In this document: positions 61,035-64,000 of the stretch, piece by piece
Numbering within the stretch: position 1 is the first letter of the stretch
Layout of the letters: each line of letters begins with the position of its first letter
From: Verrucomicrobiota bacterium
GTDB lineage: Bacteria > Verrucomicrobiota > Lentisphaeria > Lentisphaerales > Lentisphaeraceae
Length of the DNA: 64,000 nucleotides
Assembly: GCA_039798785.1 (NCBI GenBank)
Contig: JBDKFG010000003.1
Coordinates: 32,001 to 96,000 of the forward strand
Direction: 5' to 3'
Position numbers and translations under genes: made by a program
The notes under the pieces: model-generated
The model's input: only the letters and a program-made list of their open reading frames with translations
What the model was told of the DNA's origin: nothing
The model's database searches: none

Positions 61035-62546
61035 TCAGCTAAGAAAGATATTGTAGGCGGGATTGTCGCTCTCGTCGTGCCAGGGATAGCCGACTTCATC
61101 GAGGCAGGCCTTAAGTTCGGCAAGACGCGATTGCGGGCATTGGATGCCGAGGAGGACGCGCCCGAAGGCGGCGGCGTGATTGCGGTAATGGAAAAGCGAG
61201 ATGTTCCACTGCTCGCCGAGGCGGCTGAGGAACTTGTGGAGGGCGCCGGGGCGTTCGGGGAATTCAACCCGGAAGAGGCGTTCGTCGCGGGTGTCGGGGC
61301 AGTGGCCTCCGACCATGTAGCGGATGTGCAGCTTGGCCATCTCGTTGTCGGTCAGGTCGAGGACCGGACCGCCGAGGCTCTCGAGACGCTTCAAGAGATC
61401 GTGGCGCTCCTCCGGCCCGCGCTTCAATTCGATGCCAACGAAGAGGTGCGCAGCCTCCTGGGTGTTCATCCGGTAGTTGAACTCGGTGATGTTGCAGCCG
61501 CCGAGCTGGTTGCAGAAGGCGAGGAAGCTGCCCGGACGCTCCGGTATGGTGACGGCGAAAAGCCCCTCGCGGTGGGCGCCCAGTTCGGTCCGCTCCGAGA
61601 TGTGGCGGAGGCGGCCGAAGCTGACGTTCGCTCCCGAGGAGACGCAGGCGAGCTTCTTGCCGCTCCAGCCCTTGGCGGCGGCATGCTTCTTCAGACCGGC
61701 GAGCGACACCGCGCCGGCAGGCTCGGAAATCAGGCGGAGATCTTCAAACATGTCCTTGATCGCGGCGCAGATCTCGTCGGTGCTGACGGTGATGCATTCG
61801 TCGACCGTGTGCCTGAGAATCTCCCAGGTCTGCTCGCCGACGAGGGCGACGGCAACGCCGTCGGCAAAGATGCCGACCTCGGGGAGTCTCACCCTTTCGC
61901 CGCGCTCGAAAGCGGCCTTGAAGCAGGCGCTGTCCTCGGCTTCGACGGCGATGATCCGTGTCTCCGGGTGCAGAGCCTTCCAGTAAGCAGCGACCCCGGC
62001 GGCCAGTCCGCCGCCGCCCACCGGCAGATAGATGGCGTCGACCGGGCCGGTCTGACGCATGATCTCCATGCCGATGGTGCCCTGGCCGGCGATGACGTCG
62101 AGGTCGTCATAGGGATGGATGAAGGTCAGTCCGTGCTCCTTCTGCAGCTGCAGGGCATGGGCGCAGGCCTGGTCGAAGGTGTCGCCGAAAAGCACCACTT
62201 CGGCGCCGTGGTTGCGGACCGAATTGACCTTGATTTCGGGAGTGGTGGTGGGCATGACGATGACGGCGCGGACTTTCAGGTGCCGGGCGGAAAGGGCGAC
62301 ACCCTGGGCATGGTTGCCAGCGCTGGCGCAGATGACGCCGCGGGCGAGAGCCTCGGCGCTCAGGCAACGCATCTTGTTGGCGGCGCCTCTGAGCTTGAAG
62401 GAGAAGACCGGCTGCATGTCCTCGCGCTTCACCAGCACTTCGTTGCCGAGGCGGCGGCTGAGAAGCGGTGCGGTCTGGAGAGGAGTTTCGATCGCCAGGT
62501 CGTAGACCCGGGCGGTGAGTATGCGCTTGAGCATCTTGTCCAACAT
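61035..62546 (-). CDS. ilvA: threonine ammonia-lyase, biosynthetic
   Basis: KREDMQPVFSFKLRGA, SAGNHAQG, VGGGGL, and two ACT-like repeats (IPERPGSF, FPERPGAL; NISLFHYRNH). Confidence 0.97.
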   Translation of the reverse strand: MLDKMLKRILTARVYDLAIETPLQTAPLLSRRLGNEVLVKREDMQPVFSFKLRGAANKMRCLSAEALARGVICASAGNHAQGVALSARHLKVRAVIVMPTTTPEIKVNSVRNHGAEVVLFGDTFDQACAHALQLQKEHGLTFIHPYDDLDVIAGQGTIGMEIMRQTGPVDAIYLPVGGGGLAAGVAAYWKALHPETRIIAVEAEDSACFKAAFERGERVRLPEVGIFADGVAVALVGEQTWEILRHTVDECITVSTDEICAAIKDMFEDLRLISEPAGAVSLAGLKKHAAAKGWSGKKLACVSSGANVSFGRLRHISERTELGAHREGLFAVTIPERPGSFLAFCNQLGGCNITEFNYRMNTQEAAHLFVGIELKRGPEERHDLLKRLESLGGPVLDLTDNEMAKLHIRYMVGGHCPDTRDERLFRVEFPERPGALHKFLSRLGEQWNISLFHYRNHAAAFGRVLLGIQCPQSRLAELKACLDEVGYPWHDESDNPAYNIFLS

Positions 62547-62631
62547 GAGCTGTCTCCTGAAAGTTTCGGCCGGCAATATACTTGCGTTCGCCGCGAATGG
62601 TGCGGTGATGACGCGACAGGGCGACAGCAGA

Positions 62632-62656
62632 ACGCCGCCGTGGGAGGCGGCGGCGT
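62632..62656 (-). terminator. GC-rich hairpin after the DEAD-box helicase, possible terminator
   Basis: acgccgccg-tgggagg-cggcggcgt; only a weak U tail (TTCT) on the minus strand. Confidence 0.45.
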
Positions 62657-62675
62657 CCGGCGATCCGGGAAAGCT

Positions 62676-64000
62676 TCAGCGGCGGGGGCGGGGGTGCCCC
62701 TGCGGGCCATGGCTGGAGGAGCTCGAGGACGAGCCGCCGGAGCGGCCTTGGGGGCCGCGGGAAGGGCCGGAGCCGCCGCGAGCGCCTTGGCCGGGACGGG
62801 GCCCGCGACGGACAAAGCGGCCGCCAGGGCGTTCGTCGTCGTCGCGATCGTCGGGATCGGGCTGGCTGGGCTTGGGCGGGGCGCTGAAGCCCTTGGGGAT
62901 CTCGCTGACCGGAATCTTCTGGCGGGTCAGACGCTCGATGTCGCGCAGATAAGCGACTTCGTCACCTGCGACGAGCGAGATCGCTTCACCTTCGGAGCCG
63001 GCGCGGCCGGTGCGGCCGATGCGGTGGACGTAATCCTCCGGGACGTTGGGGAGCTCGAAGTTGACCACGTGGGGCAGTTGCGAGATGTCGATGCCGCGGG
63101 CGGCGATGTCGGTGGCGACGAGGACGCGGACATCGAGGCTCTTGAATTCGGCGAGGGCTCGGGTGCGGGCGCTCTGGCTCTTGTTGCCGTGGATGGCGGC
63201 GGAGTTGATGCCGCTTTTGCTGAGTCGTTCGGCGAGGCGGTTGGCGCCGTGTTTGGTGCGGGTGAAGACGAGAACCTGGTTCCACTCGCCTTCCTCGATG
63301 AGGTGGGTGAGAAGAGCGGGTTTCTCGTGCTTCTCGGCGCGGTAGATGCGTTGCGCGACGCGCTCCGAGGTGGCGTTGGGCGGGGCGACGTCGACGCTGG
63401 CGGGGTTGTTGAGGAAGCCGGCGGCGAGTTCGCGGATCTCTTTCGAGAAGGTGGCCGAGAAGAGCAGGTTCTGGCGCTTCTGGGGGAGGTAGCGCATGAC
63501 CTTGCGGATATCGTGGATGAAGCCCATGTCGAGCATGCGGTCGGCTTCGTCGAGGATGAAGAAGTCGACGTAGTCGAGGGAGCAGGCTTTCTGGCTGAGG
63601 AGGTCGAGGAGGCGTCCGGGTGTGGCGACGAGGATGTCGACGCCCGAGCGCAGAAGCGTGAGCTGGGGGTTGATCCCGACGCCGCCGAAGACGACTGCGG
63701 TTTTGAAGGGCAGGTGGACGCCGTAGGTGTTGACCGATTCGGCGACCTGGGCGGCGAGTTCACGGGTGGGGGTGAGGATCAGGGCTCTGACCTGGCGTTT
63801 GCCGCCGAGAGGCTTGAGCTGGGTCAGCTTCTGCAGCAGCGGCAGAGTGAAGCCGGCGGTCTTGCCGGTGCCGGTCTGGGCGGCGGCGAAGAGGTCGCGG
63901 CCTTCGAGGATGACCGGGATGGCCTTGGCCTGGATCGGGGTGGGAGTGGTGTATCCCTTGTCGGTGAGAGCGCGGAGGATCGGCTCGGAGAGTTGAAGAT
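62676..64000 (-). CDS. rhlE: DEAD-box RNA helicase (RhlE-like), 5' end outside the window
   Basis: The frame is open to the edge: [50 protein letters not shown], and an Arg/Gly-rich tail. Confidence 0.88.
   Translation of the reverse strand, partial: LQLSEPILRALTDKGYTTPTPIQAKAIPVILEGRDLFAAAQTGTGKTAGFTLPLLQKLTQLKPLGGKRQVRALILTPTRELAAQVAESVNTYGVHLPFKTAVVFGGVGINPQLTLLRSGVDILVATPGRLLDLLSQKACSLDYVDFFILDEADRMLDMGFIHDIRKVMRYLPQKRQNLLFSATFSKEIRELAAGFLNNPASVDVAPPNATSERVAQRIYRAEKHEKPALLTHLIEEGEWNQVLVFTRTKHGANRLAERLSKSGINSAAIHGNKSQSARTRALAEFKSLDVRVLVATDIAARGIDISQLPHVVNFELPNVPEDYVHRIGRTGRAGSEGEAISLVAGDEVAYLRDIERLTRQKIPVSEIPKGFSAPPKPSQPDPDDRDDDERPGGRFVRRGPRPGQGARGGSGPSRGPQGRSGGSSSSSSSHGPQGHPRPRR

Noticed and set aside
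62547..62675. Leader-peptide attenuator upstream of ilvA
   Set aside because: I found no properly initiated Ile/Leu/Val-rich leader ORF. The hairpin is better explained as the end of the helicase transcript.

Overview
A GC-rich bacterial chromosomal segment in standard code; the gene repertoire (ExbB/ExbD/TPR, MoxR/BatA/vWA, FHA, DUF3500) suggests a PVC-superphylum organism, but that is inference. From left to right: (1) a minus-strand rseP-natA-natB/CAAX-gltS cluster, divergent from rpe; (2) a yjfB-like gene behind a well-matched sigma-28 promoter; (3) a ~33 kb surface-glycan locus (7143-40179) in four alternating transcription blocks. It holds rmlB/rmlA, an AAA/PD-(D/E)XK gene, two pseG paralogues (one interrupted by an in-frame TGA), an MsbA/PglK-type ABC exporter, CDP-3,6-dideoxyhexose genes, a pseudaminic acid pathway with several extra tailoring enzymes, glycosyltransferases, gmd, manC/manB and a reversed-order HldE-like protein; (4) DUF1456, DUF3500, a small secreted CxxC protein, FtsX/DUF3299, exbB-exbD-TPR, and FHA-ftsH-DUF167-HPr (Ser46Asn); (5) tlpA, hom, and a four-gene module of membrane-anchored Ser/Thr pseudokinase, FHA-MoxR fusion, BatA/vWA and vWA membrane protein; (6) ilvA and a DEAD-box helicase cut by the window edge. 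The best candidates for an undescribed system are the pseudokinase/FHA-MoxR/vWA module and the extended pseudaminic-acid tailoring pathway. I saw no rRNA, tRNA, CRISPR array or transposase. All family calls come from motif recognition by eye; no searches were run.
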